Assembly (NCBI GenBank): GCA_965221695.1 | Contig: OZ244905.1 | Coordinates: 2,048,001 to 2,112,000 of the forward strand | Length of the DNA stretch: 64,000 nt | Reading direction: 5' to 3' | Source: Gammaproteobacteria bacterium | Lineage (GTDB): Bacteria; Pseudomonadota; Gammaproteobacteria; Eutrophobiales; Eutrophobiaceae | Shown here: piece by piece, positions 9,495 through 18,444 of the stretch | Layout: each line of letters begins with the position of its first letter | How positions within the stretch are numbered: the stretch's first letter is position 1 | Program-made: the position numbers and the translations under genes | The notes under the pieces: generated by a model | Seen by the model: only the letters and a program-made list of their open reading frames with translations | Databases searched by the model: none | What the model was told of the DNA's origin: nothing

Positions 9495-9530
9495 TAACCC
9501 GTTGATTTATAAATGAAAATAATTCTCATT
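9495..9530. promoter_or_regulatory. IHF-like site plus near-perfect Fur box upstream of GD-RTX gene
   Basis: TAACCCGTTGATT (9495-9507); AATGAAAATAATTCTCATT (9512-9530), one mismatch from the palindrome AATGAGAATNATTCTCATT. Confidence 0.8.
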
Positions 9531-9541
9531 ATTAATATTAT

Positions 9542-9628
9542 GGAACCTATGATTAAGTCAGTGGTTCTTCTGATACGTGGATGTGCCGCACTAGAAAGTC
9601 CAAGATGGACTTGTTCAAGGCTTCCTTA
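9542..9628. mobile_element. Degenerate family A MITE
   Basis: GGAACCTATGATTAAGTC...AAGTCCAAGATGGACTTGTTCAAGGCTTCCTTA, collinear with 34081-34162. Confidence 0.7.
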
Positions 9629-9632
9629 GAAT

Positions 9633-11690
9633 ATGACCAATCCGTTGCTTGAAAACCTGACCCTGCCAGCGTTCAGTCGCATCAAGCCCGAACATATTGA
9701 ACCGGCTATCGATCAGCTACTGGAAGAACATCGCGCCTTGCTGAAGTCCCTGTTGGAACAGCCCGGGGCGCATACCTGGGAAACATTGTTCTGCCCCCTG
9801 GAAGAGAAGGATGATCGATTACAGCGCGCCTGGTCCGCTGTGCGCCATCTGCACTCGGTTGCCGATAATGAAGCGTTGCGTCGCGCCTATAACGCTTGTG
9901 TGCCGAAAATGTCCGACCATGACACGGAATTGGGACAAAACGAAGACCTGTTTCGCGCCTGTAAGACCCTGGCGGAAGGCGATGAATATTCCAAACTGGA
10001 TATCTCGCGCAGGAAAATCATTGATAATACCTTGCGGGATTTTCGCCTGTCGGGCATAGACCTGGGGAAACAGGATAAGCTGCAGTACAAGGCATTGCGG
10101 CAGAAACTTTCACAACTGGAGACGCGTTTTGAACAAAACCTGCTGGACGCCACTCACGGTTGGAACAGACTGGTCACAGACAAATCGCAACTTGGCGGAC
10201 TGCCGGACACAGCCCTGGAGTTGGCAGAACAAACTGCGCGCCAACGGGATCGATCAGGCTGGTTATTCACGCTGGAATACCCCTCTTATCATCCGGTGAT
10301 GACCTATGCCGATGACCGCCAGTTTCGGCAGGAGATGCATACCGCCTATACTACCCGCGCATCGGAGCTTGGTCCCGATGGCGGAAAATGGGATAACGGT
10401 CCATTGATGCAAGAAATCCTGTCCATCCGACAGGAGCTTGCGGCTTTATTGGGCTACAGCAATTACGCGGAATATTCGCTGGTAAAAAAGATGGCTGACG
10501 CGCCGCAGGAAGTTATGGCCTTCCTGCAGGATCTGGCTGCGCGCAGCAAAGCGGTGGCCCAACAAGAACTGTCCGTCCTGGAGGAATTTGCCGCAAAGGA
10601 ATACGGCATGAAGGACTTGCGCGCCTGGGACATCCCCTATTATTCGGAGAAGCTCAGGCAAAAAAAATATGCTTTCTCACAGGAGGATCTGCGTCCTTAT
10701 TTCCCCTCCCACCAGGTGGTCGAGGGGCTGTTTTCTGTAGTCGGCCGCTTGTATGGCCTCAGCATCAGCGCCAAGGAGGGAATTGAAGTCTGGCATCCTG
10801 AGGTAAAGTATTTTGAGATCAAAGATGCAGGCGGGCGGTTGCGCGGCGGGTTTTATCTCGACCTCTACGCGCGCCCGCAAAAGCGCGGCGGCGCCTGGAT
10901 GGATGAGTGCGTTGTGCGCAGACTGAACCACGGCGCCGTTCAGTTGCCGGTAGCCTACCTGACCTGCAATTTCACGCCGCCGGTATCAGGTAAACCTGCG
11001 CTGCTGACCCACGACGAAGCGCTCACCCTGTTCCACGAATTCGGCCATGGACTACACCATATTCTTACACTGGTCGATTATGCGGGTGTCTCAGGGATAA
11101 ACGGCGTGCCATGGGACGCAGTGGAGTTGCCCAGCCAGTTCCTGGAAAACTGGTGCTGGGAGCGCTCAGCGCTGAACCTGTTTGCGCGCCATTACGAAAC
11201 CGGCGAGCCGCTTCCGTCCGAATTGTTTGACAAGATGCAACGGGCCAGAACCTTTCATTCCGGCATACATATGGTCAGACAACTGGAGTTGGCCCTGTTT
11301 GACTTTCGTCTACATTATGAGCGGCGCGGCGAAGATACCGACGATATCCAGGCGCTATTGGATGAAGTCAGGCGGGATGTCGCCGTGATCAAGGCCCAAC
11401 CTGAAAACCGTTTTCAACATAGTTTCGGCCATATATTTGCCGGGGGATATGCCGCGGGATATTACAGCTATAAATGGGCCGAGGTCCTTTCCGCCGATGC
11501 TTTCTCTCGCTTTGAGGAAAACGGTATCTTTGATGCCGCCACAGGCAGGGATTTTCTTCACTCTATCCTGGAACAGGGAGGCTCCCGTGAGCCCATGGAT
11601 CTGTTCGTTGAATTCCGCGGCCGCAAACCTGAAATCGACGCCCTGTTGCGACATTCGGGAATTGCCGCCGACCCCGACGCGCGCGCCTGA
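9633..11690 (+). CDS. prlC: Oligopeptidase A (M3)
   Basis: KRGGAWMD, FHEFGHGLHH, VELPSQ, FAGGYAAGYYSYKWAE. Confidence 0.96.
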   Translation: MTNPLLENLTLPAFSRIKPEHIEPAIDQLLEEHRALLKSLLEQPGAHTWETLFCPLEEKDDRLQRAWSAVRHLHSVADNEALRRAYNACVPKMSDHDTELGQNEDLFRACKTLAEGDEYSKLDISRRKIIDNTLRDFRLSGIDLGKQDKLQYKALRQKLSQLETRFEQNLLDATHGWNRLVTDKSQLGGLPDTALELAEQTARQRDRSGWLFTLEYPSYHPVMTYADDRQFRQEMHTAYTTRASELGPDGGKWDNGPLMQEILSIRQELAALLGYSNYAEYSLVKKMADAPQEVMAFLQDLAARSKAVAQQELSVLEEFAAKEYGMKDLRAWDIPYYSEKLRQKKYAFSQEDLRPYFPSHQVVEGLFSVVGRLYGLSISAKEGIEVWHPEVKYFEIKDAGGRLRGGFYLDLYARPQKRGGAWMDECVVRRLNHGAVQLPVAYLTCNFTPPVSGKPALLTHDEALTLFHEFGHGLHHILTLVDYAGVSGINGVPWDAVELPSQFLENWCWERSALNLFARHYETGEPLPSELFDKMQRARTFHSGIHMVRQLELALFDFRLHYERRGEDTDDIQALLDEVRRDVAVIKAQPENRFQHSFGHIFAGGYAAGYYSYKWAEVLSADAFSRFEENGIFDAATGRDFLHSILEQGGSREPMDLFVEFRGRKPEIDALLRHSGIAADPDARA

Positions 11691-11700
11691 GACGAGTCCC

Positions 11701-12471
11701 ATGTGGACCATAGCCAGTTGGAATGTGAATTCCCTGAAAGTGCGCCTGGCGCAGGTATTGCAGTGGCTGGACGCCCATCGTCCGGACGCGCTGGCCTTGC
11801 AGGAAACCAAGATCCAAGATGAGAGTTTCCCCGAGCAGGCATTGCGCGAAGCCGGCTACCGGGCGGTATTCTCCGGCCAAAAGACCTATAACGGCGTTGC
11901 CCTCGTGACCCGGCGGCCGGCACAAGTGTTACATACCAGCCTGCCCGGTCCGGAAGATCCGCAAAAACGCGTGCTTTGCGCGCGGGTTGACGATGTCTGC
12001 GTGCTGAACCTGTACGTGCCGAATGGTTCCGAGGTCGGTTCGGACAAGTACGCATATAAGCTCGATTGGCTGGCACGGCTCGATGAATTCACGGCCGCGC
12101 TGTTGCAATCTTATGAGAACCTCGTTGTGCTCGGTGACTTCAATATCACACCCGCCGACGCCGATGTTTACAATCCCGAGGCATGGCGCGACCGGATTCA
12201 TTGCAGCAAACCGGAACGGGATGCGCTGGATGCGCTTTGTGCCCGCGGACTCACAGACACCTTTCGTCTGTTTGAGCAGGAACAGCATGCGTTTTCCTGG
12301 TGGGATTACCGGGCAGGGGATTTTGCCGCTAACCGCGGCCTGCGTATCGACCTGATTCTGGCTTCAACTGCGCTTGGCCGTCGTTGTGCCGACAGTTGGA
12401 TTGATATTGAACCCAGGCAGCAACAGCGGCCTTCCGATCACACGCCTGTTGCGGCGGAGTTCCGGTTGTAA
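11701..12471 (+). CDS. xth: Exodeoxyribonuclease III
   Basis: [37 protein letters not shown]; start ATG 11701. Confidence 0.93.
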   Translation: MWTIASWNVNSLKVRLAQVLQWLDAHRPDALALQETKIQDESFPEQALREAGYRAVFSGQKTYNGVALVTRRPAQVLHTSLPGPEDPQKRVLCARVDDVCVLNLYVPNGSEVGSDKYAYKLDWLARLDEFTAALLQSYENLVVLGDFNITPADADVYNPEAWRDRIHCSKPERDALDALCARGLTDTFRLFEQEQHAFSWWDYRAGDFAANRGLRIDLILASTALGRRCADSWIDIEPRQQQRPSDHTPVAAEFRL

Positions 12472-12565
12472 CGCCGGCCGGCTCATTGTTTTGCCGGCAA
12501 ATCTGTTTGCACTGTTAAGCCATTTCCACTACAATCAGCGGCCCGAAATGAAACAAGGGTCAACG

Positions 12566-12766
12566 ATGAGAGCCAATATTCATCCAGCATACTATGAAAT
12601 CAAGGTTACCTGCAGTTGTGGCAATACGTTCACCACACAGTCAACCTACGAGGGGGATTTGCACATAGAGGTATGCTCCCTGTGCCATCCGTTTTACTCG
12701 GGCAAACAGAAGATCCTGGACTCGGCCGGCCGGGTGGATAAATTCAACCGCAAGTACAACTTATAA
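12566..12766 (+). CDS. rpmE: 50S ribosomal protein L31 (Zn-binding type A)
   Basis: [31 protein letters not shown]. Confidence 0.97.
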   Translation: MRANIHPAYYEIKVTCSCGNTFTTQSTYEGDLHIEVCSLCHPFYSGKQKILDSAGRVDKFNRKYNL

Positions 12767-12903
12767 TTCTAAGGCATTGCAAGCGCAGGAATTACCTGTA
12801 ACGAGCAAACCCAGCCGATTTCCTTTGTCTAAGTTAGCATGTTTCTTTGATACAGAATCTAAGTTTGAAAACATAAATACCTGTCAGAACTAAAGATAAT
12901 TTG

Positions 12904-13118
12904 TTATCCACATTTTCTGTGGATAACTTTGTGGATACCGTGCGGGAGCAGTCCGTAAGATATGGAAAATTACTGGATATATGACAAAACTGTTAAATTT
13001 TGAGCGCTTTAATTAATACTATATATTTCAATTAGTTAGAGATTTTATCTCGCTCTTCTGGCGGAATCGCAGACGATTTCCCGCCGACCCCCCCTGATAA
13101 GCCTGAATCTGTGCATAA
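12904..13118. promoter_or_regulatory. DnaA-box cluster, DARS-like
   Basis: TTATCCACA-5-TGTGGATAA-3-TGTGGATAC, IHF-like TTTCAATTAGTTA (13026-13038), distal TGTGCATAA (13110-13118). Confidence 0.75.
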
Positions 13119-13142
13119 CAATTCCGTTTCTTTGCAGAAGCG

Positions 13143-13169
13143 GAACTTTTTTATACTGTTATGGTCTTA
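13143..13169 (+). promoter_or_regulatory. sigmaE/AlgU-type promoter
   Basis: GAACTT-N16-TCTTA. Confidence 0.65.
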
Positions 13170-13174
13170 ATATG

Positions 13175-13296
13175 CAACGAACACATACTCTTGCTATCAA
13201 CATTGCGTCATAGTAAACGAATCCCGGCTCTCCCCAGTCGGGTAACCTGGCCCCGGTGGACCTCCCTCCCCCTCACGACCCCGGGGCCTTCTTTAT
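13175..13296 (+). ncRNA. Candidate sRNA convergent with engB (ErsA-like position)
   Basis: Follows sigmaE promoter; hairpins CCCGGCT/AGTCGGG and GGCCCCGG/CCGGGGCC with C-rich loops, then TTCTTT. Confidence 0.5.
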
Positions 13297-13297
13297 T

Positions 13298-13894
13298 CTA
13301 TTGCCGGGCGAGGAACCACTTATCCAGCGCCCGGCATAATTCATCCAGGCCCTGTTTTTTTGCGGCTGAAAACAATTGCGCGCTGGCGTTCTCACCGAGA
13401 TCCCGCGCAACTGTTTCCAGCGCCTCCCGGCCCGCGCTGCGAGAAAGTTTGTCTGACTTGTTCAGCAATATGTGCGCCGGCAAGCGTTTATTCTCACACC
13501 AGTCCAATAACTGCCGGTCAGGCTCGGTCAGGCAACGTCTGATATCAACGATGATGACCATCCCCGCCAGACACTCTCGGCATTCCAGGTAGGCATTGAT
13601 GATCTGCCCCCAATGCTGTCTTAATGCGTTCGGCGCCTTGGCATAGCCGTACCCTGGCAAATCCACGAGACGGCTTTCATTGCCAAGGGCAAAAAAGTTG
13701 ATTTGCCGGGTCCTCCCCGGCTGCCTGCTCGTTCGGGCAAGCCCTTTTTGTCCCGCAAGCGTATTGATCACGCTGGATTTCCCGGCGTTTGAGCGCCCGG
13801 CAAAGACCGCTTCCCTGCCTGTATCCGGCGGCAACTGCGACAGCCGGTGAACGCTCTGCAGGTAAACAGCGCTACGATATCGGTTGTTGTTCAT
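13298..13894 (-). CDS. engB: Ribosome biogenesis GTPase YihA/YsxC
   Basis: GRSNAGKSS, PGRTRQINFF, DLPGYGYA, NKSDKL. Confidence 0.96.
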   Translation of the reverse strand: MNNNRYRSAVYLQSVHRLSQLPPDTGREAVFAGRSNAGKSSVINTLAGQKGLARTSRQPGRTRQINFFALGNESRLVDLPGYGYAKAPNALRQHWGQIINAYLECRECLAGMVIIVDIRRCLTEPDRQLLDWCENKRLPAHILLNKSDKLSRSAGREALETVARDLGENASAQLFSAAKKQGLDELCRALDKWFLARQ

Positions 13895-13997
13895 ATTTTG
13901 TGACAGAAATAATCCCTTTCGGACTATCCCTATATGCCAATTATTCGGTAAGATAACGTCATTCGCAAATAATACGTTTTAATCAAGGTGTCTTCAG

Positions 13998-14600
13998 ATG
14001 TTAAAAAAATCGATCGGCGGCCTGCTCCTCGCTATGTTCCCCCTGACTCTCATTGCCGCGGGCAATATCGAAGCAGGTAAGCAAAAAGCGGCAACCTGTG
14101 TTGCCTGCCATGGTCCTGACGGCAACAGCAACAACCCTACCTGGCCGAACATCGCTGGCCAACACGCTGAATATATCAGAAAACAATTGGAAGATTTTCG
14201 CGCCGGGCACAGGAAAAACGACCAGATGGCTCCGCTGGTCATGGCCCTCAGCGACCAGGATATTGCCGACCTTGCAGTGTATTACGCCAGCCTCAAACCC
14301 AGGATTGGACAGACCTTGCCGGAAAACCTCGATGCAGGTGAACGCTTGTATCGCGCCGGAGACGCAACAAAGGGGCTGGCTGCGTGTATGGCCTGCCACG
14401 GCCCTACCGGCATCGGCAATCCCGCGGCGAACTATCCGAGGATCAATGCGCAACATGCGGAGTATACTGAGCTTCAACTGAAAGCGTTCAAAGCCGAAGC
14501 GCGCGCCAATGACCGCAACGGCGTCATGCGCGATATCGCCGGCAGGATGTCCAACGACAGTATCGAGGCCGTCGCCGACTACCTGCAAGGCTTGCACTGA
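13998..14600 (+). CDS. Diheme cytochrome c4
   Basis: Signal peptide, CVACH and CMACH; divergent from engB. Confidence 0.93.
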   Translation: MLKKSIGGLLLAMFPLTLIAAGNIEAGKQKAATCVACHGPDGNSNNPTWPNIAGQHAEYIRKQLEDFRAGHRKNDQMAPLVMALSDQDIADLAVYYASLKPRIGQTLPENLDAGERLYRAGDATKGLAACMACHGPTGIGNPAANYPRINAQHAEYTELQLKAFKAEARANDRNGVMRDIAGRMSNDSIEAVADYLQGLH

Positions 14601-14640
14601 ACAACGGCTGCCGGCAAAACCTGCCAACTGAGCAAGAACC

Positions 14641-16611
14641 ATGGCGCCTTTTCCCGCCAGGTTGAGATCCGGATTAAGGTTTCTCGGTTCGATGGACCTG
14701 GCGATCACCCTGCTGGTGGCGTTGGGACTGGCATCGGTTATCGGCACCATCCTCAAACAGAACGAACCGTACCAGAACTACATAGTCAAGTTCGGCCCGT
14801 TCTGGCACGGTTTCTTCGAACGGCTGGGACTGTACGATATCTATTCGACCGGCTGGTTCATCCTGATCCTGGCCTTCCTGGTGACGACCACGAGTATCTG
14901 TCTTTACCGTAATACCCCGAGGATCCTCGCCACGCTGAAACAGTACCGGGAAGACATGCAGGAAGCGCAGTTGCTCAACATGACCCATTGCACCCGGCTG
15001 CGCGCTGACATCACCCACGAAGAAGCGGTCACGAAACTCGTTACCCGCTTGAAACTCCTCGGGTTCAGGTACCGGATCAAGCGGCAGGAAGACCGCGCCA
15101 GCCTGGGCGCTATGAAAGGCGCCGGCAATCGTTACGGTTACCTGTTTACGCACTGCGCGGTGATCATCATCTGTATCGGCGGCTTTCTGGACAGCAATGT
15201 TCCGCTGAAATTCCATGTCCTGACCGGGCGCTTGCAGGCGGAGACCCGGGAGGCGCCCATCAGCCAGATACCGGACAACAGCAAGCTGCCGGTGGACAAT
15301 ACGTCTTTTCGCGCCAGTGTTTCCATACCCGAAGGACGCGCGGTGGGCGCTGCCTTTATCAACCTGGGCGCCGGCTACCTGGTGCAACCGTTGCCTTTTA
15401 TCATCTTGCTCAAGGATTTCCGGGTTGAACACTACCCCAGCGGCCAGCCCAAATCCTTCGAAAGCGATCTCGTTATCCAGGACGGCGATCAGCGCCTGGC
15501 AAAGACTATCGCGGTGAATCATCCTCTCAAATACAAGGGCTACACCATTTTCCAGGCCAGTTTCGGCGATGGCGGCTCGAAACTCGACTTCCTGTTGCAT
15601 GACCTGGCTTCTTCCGGCATTCGCCGCCATACGGTAAACGTGGGCGAATCTGCGAGCGTGGATTACAACGGCGAGACGTACCAGTTGGAGGTTGAGGAAT
15701 TTCGCAAGTTCAATATCTTTCCCAATGAAGATCCTGTCATTGACAAAAAATTCCGCGATTTCGGCCCCAGCATCAACTTCAAACTGCGCCGCAAAGACGG
15801 GCGGGCAAACGAATATCTGAACTACATGTATCCCATTACCCTGGAAGGGCGGGAGTTCCTGTTAAGCGGCGTGCGTTCCTCCCTGGAAGACGAATTCCGC
15901 TACCTGCATATTCCCGCCGACGATGACGGTTCGCCCGCGCGTTTCCTGGCTTTGCTTGGCATATTGCAAGATACCGAGAGGCTCAGTCGCATTTACGCCG
16001 GCAGGCAGGAACTGCTGTTGTCGGGAAATTCACTGGACGGAAAAATTACCGGACAAGATGTCAGTAACGTGACGTTGCGGATTATGCGCCTGTTCCTCGA
16101 TGGCGGCTTCCCATTATTGCAACAACAGTTGGACCCTGCGATGGATGAACAGGCCGTCCAAACGGTGAACAGCGCATCGATGAAAATTCTGCGTTTCGGG
16201 CTGGAACAGGCCTACCTGGCCTTACTGGCCGATAACGGTATGGACACCGGAGAAATATCGGAGTGGGATATACAGTTTCTCAACGACTCCATCGTCACGT
16301 TGTCAGCCCTGCACCAGTACGGTTCCCCTTACTACCTGCAATTGACGGACTTCGAACATGTGGAGGCTTCGGGGCTGCAAATCGCGCGCGCGCCGGGAGC
16401 GAAGTGGGTATACCTTGGATTCACCCTGCTGATAGTCGGGGTGTTTTTACTGTTCTACATACCCCATCAACGGCTATGGGCGATTGTCAGGCCCGGCGAT
16501 TCGGGGACAGAAATAATACTGGCCGGGTCGCGCACGCGCCATGCCCGCGATTTCAGTCGTTATTTCAAACAGATTTCACGTACAATAGAGACTGAATTAA
16601 CCCAACGATAA
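14641..16611 (+). CDS. resB: Cytochrome c biogenesis system II protein ResB/Ccs1
   Basis: ASVIGT, YSTGWF, TM His, IAVNHPLKYKGYTIFQASF, SGLQIARAPG. Confidence 0.92.
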   Translation: MAPFPARLRSGLRFLGSMDLAITLLVALGLASVIGTILKQNEPYQNYIVKFGPFWHGFFERLGLYDIYSTGWFILILAFLVTTTSICLYRNTPRILATLKQYREDMQEAQLLNMTHCTRLRADITHEEAVTKLVTRLKLLGFRYRIKRQEDRASLGAMKGAGNRYGYLFTHCAVIIICIGGFLDSNVPLKFHVLTGRLQAETREAPISQIPDNSKLPVDNTSFRASVSIPEGRAVGAAFINLGAGYLVQPLPFIILLKDFRVEHYPSGQPKSFESDLVIQDGDQRLAKTIAVNHPLKYKGYTIFQASFGDGGSKLDFLLHDLASSGIRRHTVNVGESASVDYNGETYQLEVEEFRKFNIFPNEDPVIDKKFRDFGPSINFKLRRKDGRANEYLNYMYPITLEGREFLLSGVRSSLEDEFRYLHIPADDDGSPARFLALLGILQDTERLSRIYAGRQELLLSGNSLDGKITGQDVSNVTLRIMRLFLDGGFPLLQQQLDPAMDEQAVQTVNSASMKILRFGLEQAYLALLADNGMDTGEISEWDIQFLNDSIVTLSALHQYGSPYYLQLTDFEHVEASGLQIARAPGAKWVYLGFTLLIVGVFLLFYIPHQRLWAIVRPGDSGTEIILAGSRTRHARDFSRYFKQISRTIETELTQR

Positions 16612-16614
16612 GCT

Positions 16615-17793
16615 ATGCGCACAAACGTTATAACAGATGAAACCACGGCCGATATTGCTCTCCCGACAGGGTCCCGCTTTTCCCCGGCGCTGACCGATTA
16701 CCTGTGGTGGGCGTTATTACTGAGCGGCTTCGGCTTTGTGCTGGCGCGTTTCAGTGAATATCTGAACGGGTATGAGTGGGGGATATTTACCTGTCTCACC
16801 GTGGCGCTGGCTTATGCCGGCAGCGCCTGGTCCGAACTCCGGCGTCTGCTGCTCGTCGTTGCGTTGCTGGCGCTGTATTCCATCCACCTTTATGACGCCA
16901 ACCTGGCCCTGGCAGATGAACGCGTGGCGCTGCAGTATTTCCTGGCCAGCCAGTCGGCCGTAATGTGGATGAGTTTTCTGTTCGTGCTGGCAACCCTGAG
17001 TTATTTCTTCGCGCTGTTCTCGGGTTCGGCTTTTAGCGCCGCCGTCGGTACCGGTTTGACCTGGTGCGGCGCGGGCATGGGTCTGGCGGGGATGCTGGTG
17101 CGCTGGTACGAATCGTACCTGATCAGCCCTGATGTCGGTCATATCCCGGTAAGCAACCTGTATGAAGTGTTCATCCTGTTCTGTGTCACCACTGCTATCA
17201 TTTACCTGCATTATGAGAAGCGTTACCGGACCCGCGCCCTGGGTGGGTTCGTGCTGCTGGTAATCAGCGCCGCCATCGGCTTCCTGTTGTGGTATACCTT
17301 CGACCGCGGCGCCCATGAAATCCAACCGCTGGTCCCCGCGCTGCAGAGCTACTGGATGAAGATCCACGTACCGGCGAACTTTGTCGGCTACGGCTGTTTC
17401 AGCATCGCCGCGATGCTGGGTGTGGCTTACCTGGCCAGGGGCGACGATGCAAACCCGCGCCCGATGTTTGCGCGCCTGCCGGACCGGGTGGTCATCGACG
17501 ACATCATGTACAAGTCTGTTGCGCTTGGCTTTGCCTTTTTTACCGTGGCGACCATCCTGGGGTCATTATGGGCTGCGGAGGCCTGGGGAGGATACTGGTC
17601 ATGGGACCCTAAGGAGACCTGGGCACTGATTGTCTGGTTGAATTATGCCGCCTGGCTGCACATGCGTATCAGCAAAAACTGGCATGGTTCAGCCATGGCA
17701 GCCTGGGCTATCGTGGGCCTGTTCGTGACCTTGTTCGCGTTCCTGGGCGTCAACATGTTCCTTTCCGGCTTACACTCTTACGGTGAATTATAA
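16615..17793 (+). CDS. ccsA: Cytochrome c biogenesis system II heme lyase (CcsA/ResC)
   Basis: PALQSYWMKIHV, WAAEAWGGYWSWDPKETW (WWD domain), GLHSYG. Confidence 0.95.
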   Translation: MRTNVITDETTADIALPTGSRFSPALTDYLWWALLLSGFGFVLARFSEYLNGYEWGIFTCLTVALAYAGSAWSELRRLLLVVALLALYSIHLYDANLALADERVALQYFLASQSAVMWMSFLFVLATLSYFFALFSGSAFSAAVGTGLTWCGAGMGLAGMLVRWYESYLISPDVGHIPVSNLYEVFILFCVTTAIIYLHYEKRYRTRALGGFVLLVISAAIGFLLWYTFDRGAHEIQPLVPALQSYWMKIHVPANFVGYGCFSIAAMLGVAYLARGDDANPRPMFARLPDRVVIDDIMYKSVALGFAFFTVATILGSLWAAEAWGGYWSWDPKETWALIVWLNYAAWLHMRISKNWHGSAMAAWAIVGLFVTLFAFLGVNMFLSGLHSYGEL

Positions 17794-18416
17794 TGCGCAT
17801 TATCTCATCCTTTCTTTCATGCCTGTTGCTTGCGGGATTGATTTCGAGCGCGGCCCAGGCGCAGTCCCTGGATAACGCCTACACGCAGATCAAACCTGCC
17901 CTGCCCACCGGCTCCGGTGACAAAATCGAGGTTGCCGAAATCTTCTGGTACGGCTGCTCCCATTGCTACACCTTTGAGCCGCACGTCAAATCATGGCTTA
18001 AGACCATTCCTGAAGACGTGGTTTTTCGCCCCGTACCGGGGGTATTGAACAGCCGCTGGACCGTTCATGCCCGCGGCTACTTCGCCGCGGAAAAGATGGG
18101 CGCGCTGGAACAATTCCATTCTCCGCTGTTCAGGGCGCTGCACGCCCAGCAACGCAATATATACACCCGGGACAGCCTGATTGACTTCGCCGCCGAGGTT
18201 GGGCTCGACAAGAAAGAGTTCGCCCGGCATTACGACTCCAATGAGACCGAAGTGAAGATGAAACAGGCGTTCCTCATGGCACGGGATGCCAGGATTACCG
18301 GCGTTCCCGCGGTGATCGTGAACGGTAAATACCTGATAACCGGTTCGTCAGCCGGCTCCTATGAGCGGATCATTGAAACCATCGACTACCTGATCGAGCA
18401 AGAACGGCGCCGCTGA
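17793..18416 (+). CDS. dsbA: Thiol:disulfide oxidoreductase DsbA
   Basis: Signal peptide, FWYGCSHC, GVPAVIVNGKY. Confidence 0.92.
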   Translation: MRIISSFLSCLLLAGLISSAAQAQSLDNAYTQIKPALPTGSGDKIEVAEIFWYGCSHCYTFEPHVKSWLKTIPEDVVFRPVPGVLNSRWTVHARGYFAAEKMGALEQFHSPLFRALHAQQRNIYTRDSLIDFAAEVGLDKKEFARHYDSNETEVKMKQAFLMARDARITGVPAVIVNGKYLITGSSAGSYERIIETIDYLIEQERRR

Positions 18417-18444
18417 AAATCAGCCGCATTACTTGCCGCCTACG

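Noticed and set aside
12904-13118. oriC
   Set aside because: Only four boxes, no GATC enrichment or 13-mer DUE, no dnaA/gidA neighbours; geometry fits DARS better
13161-13592. 143 aa plus-strand ORF
   Set aside because: Mostly antisense to engB, no recognisable motifs
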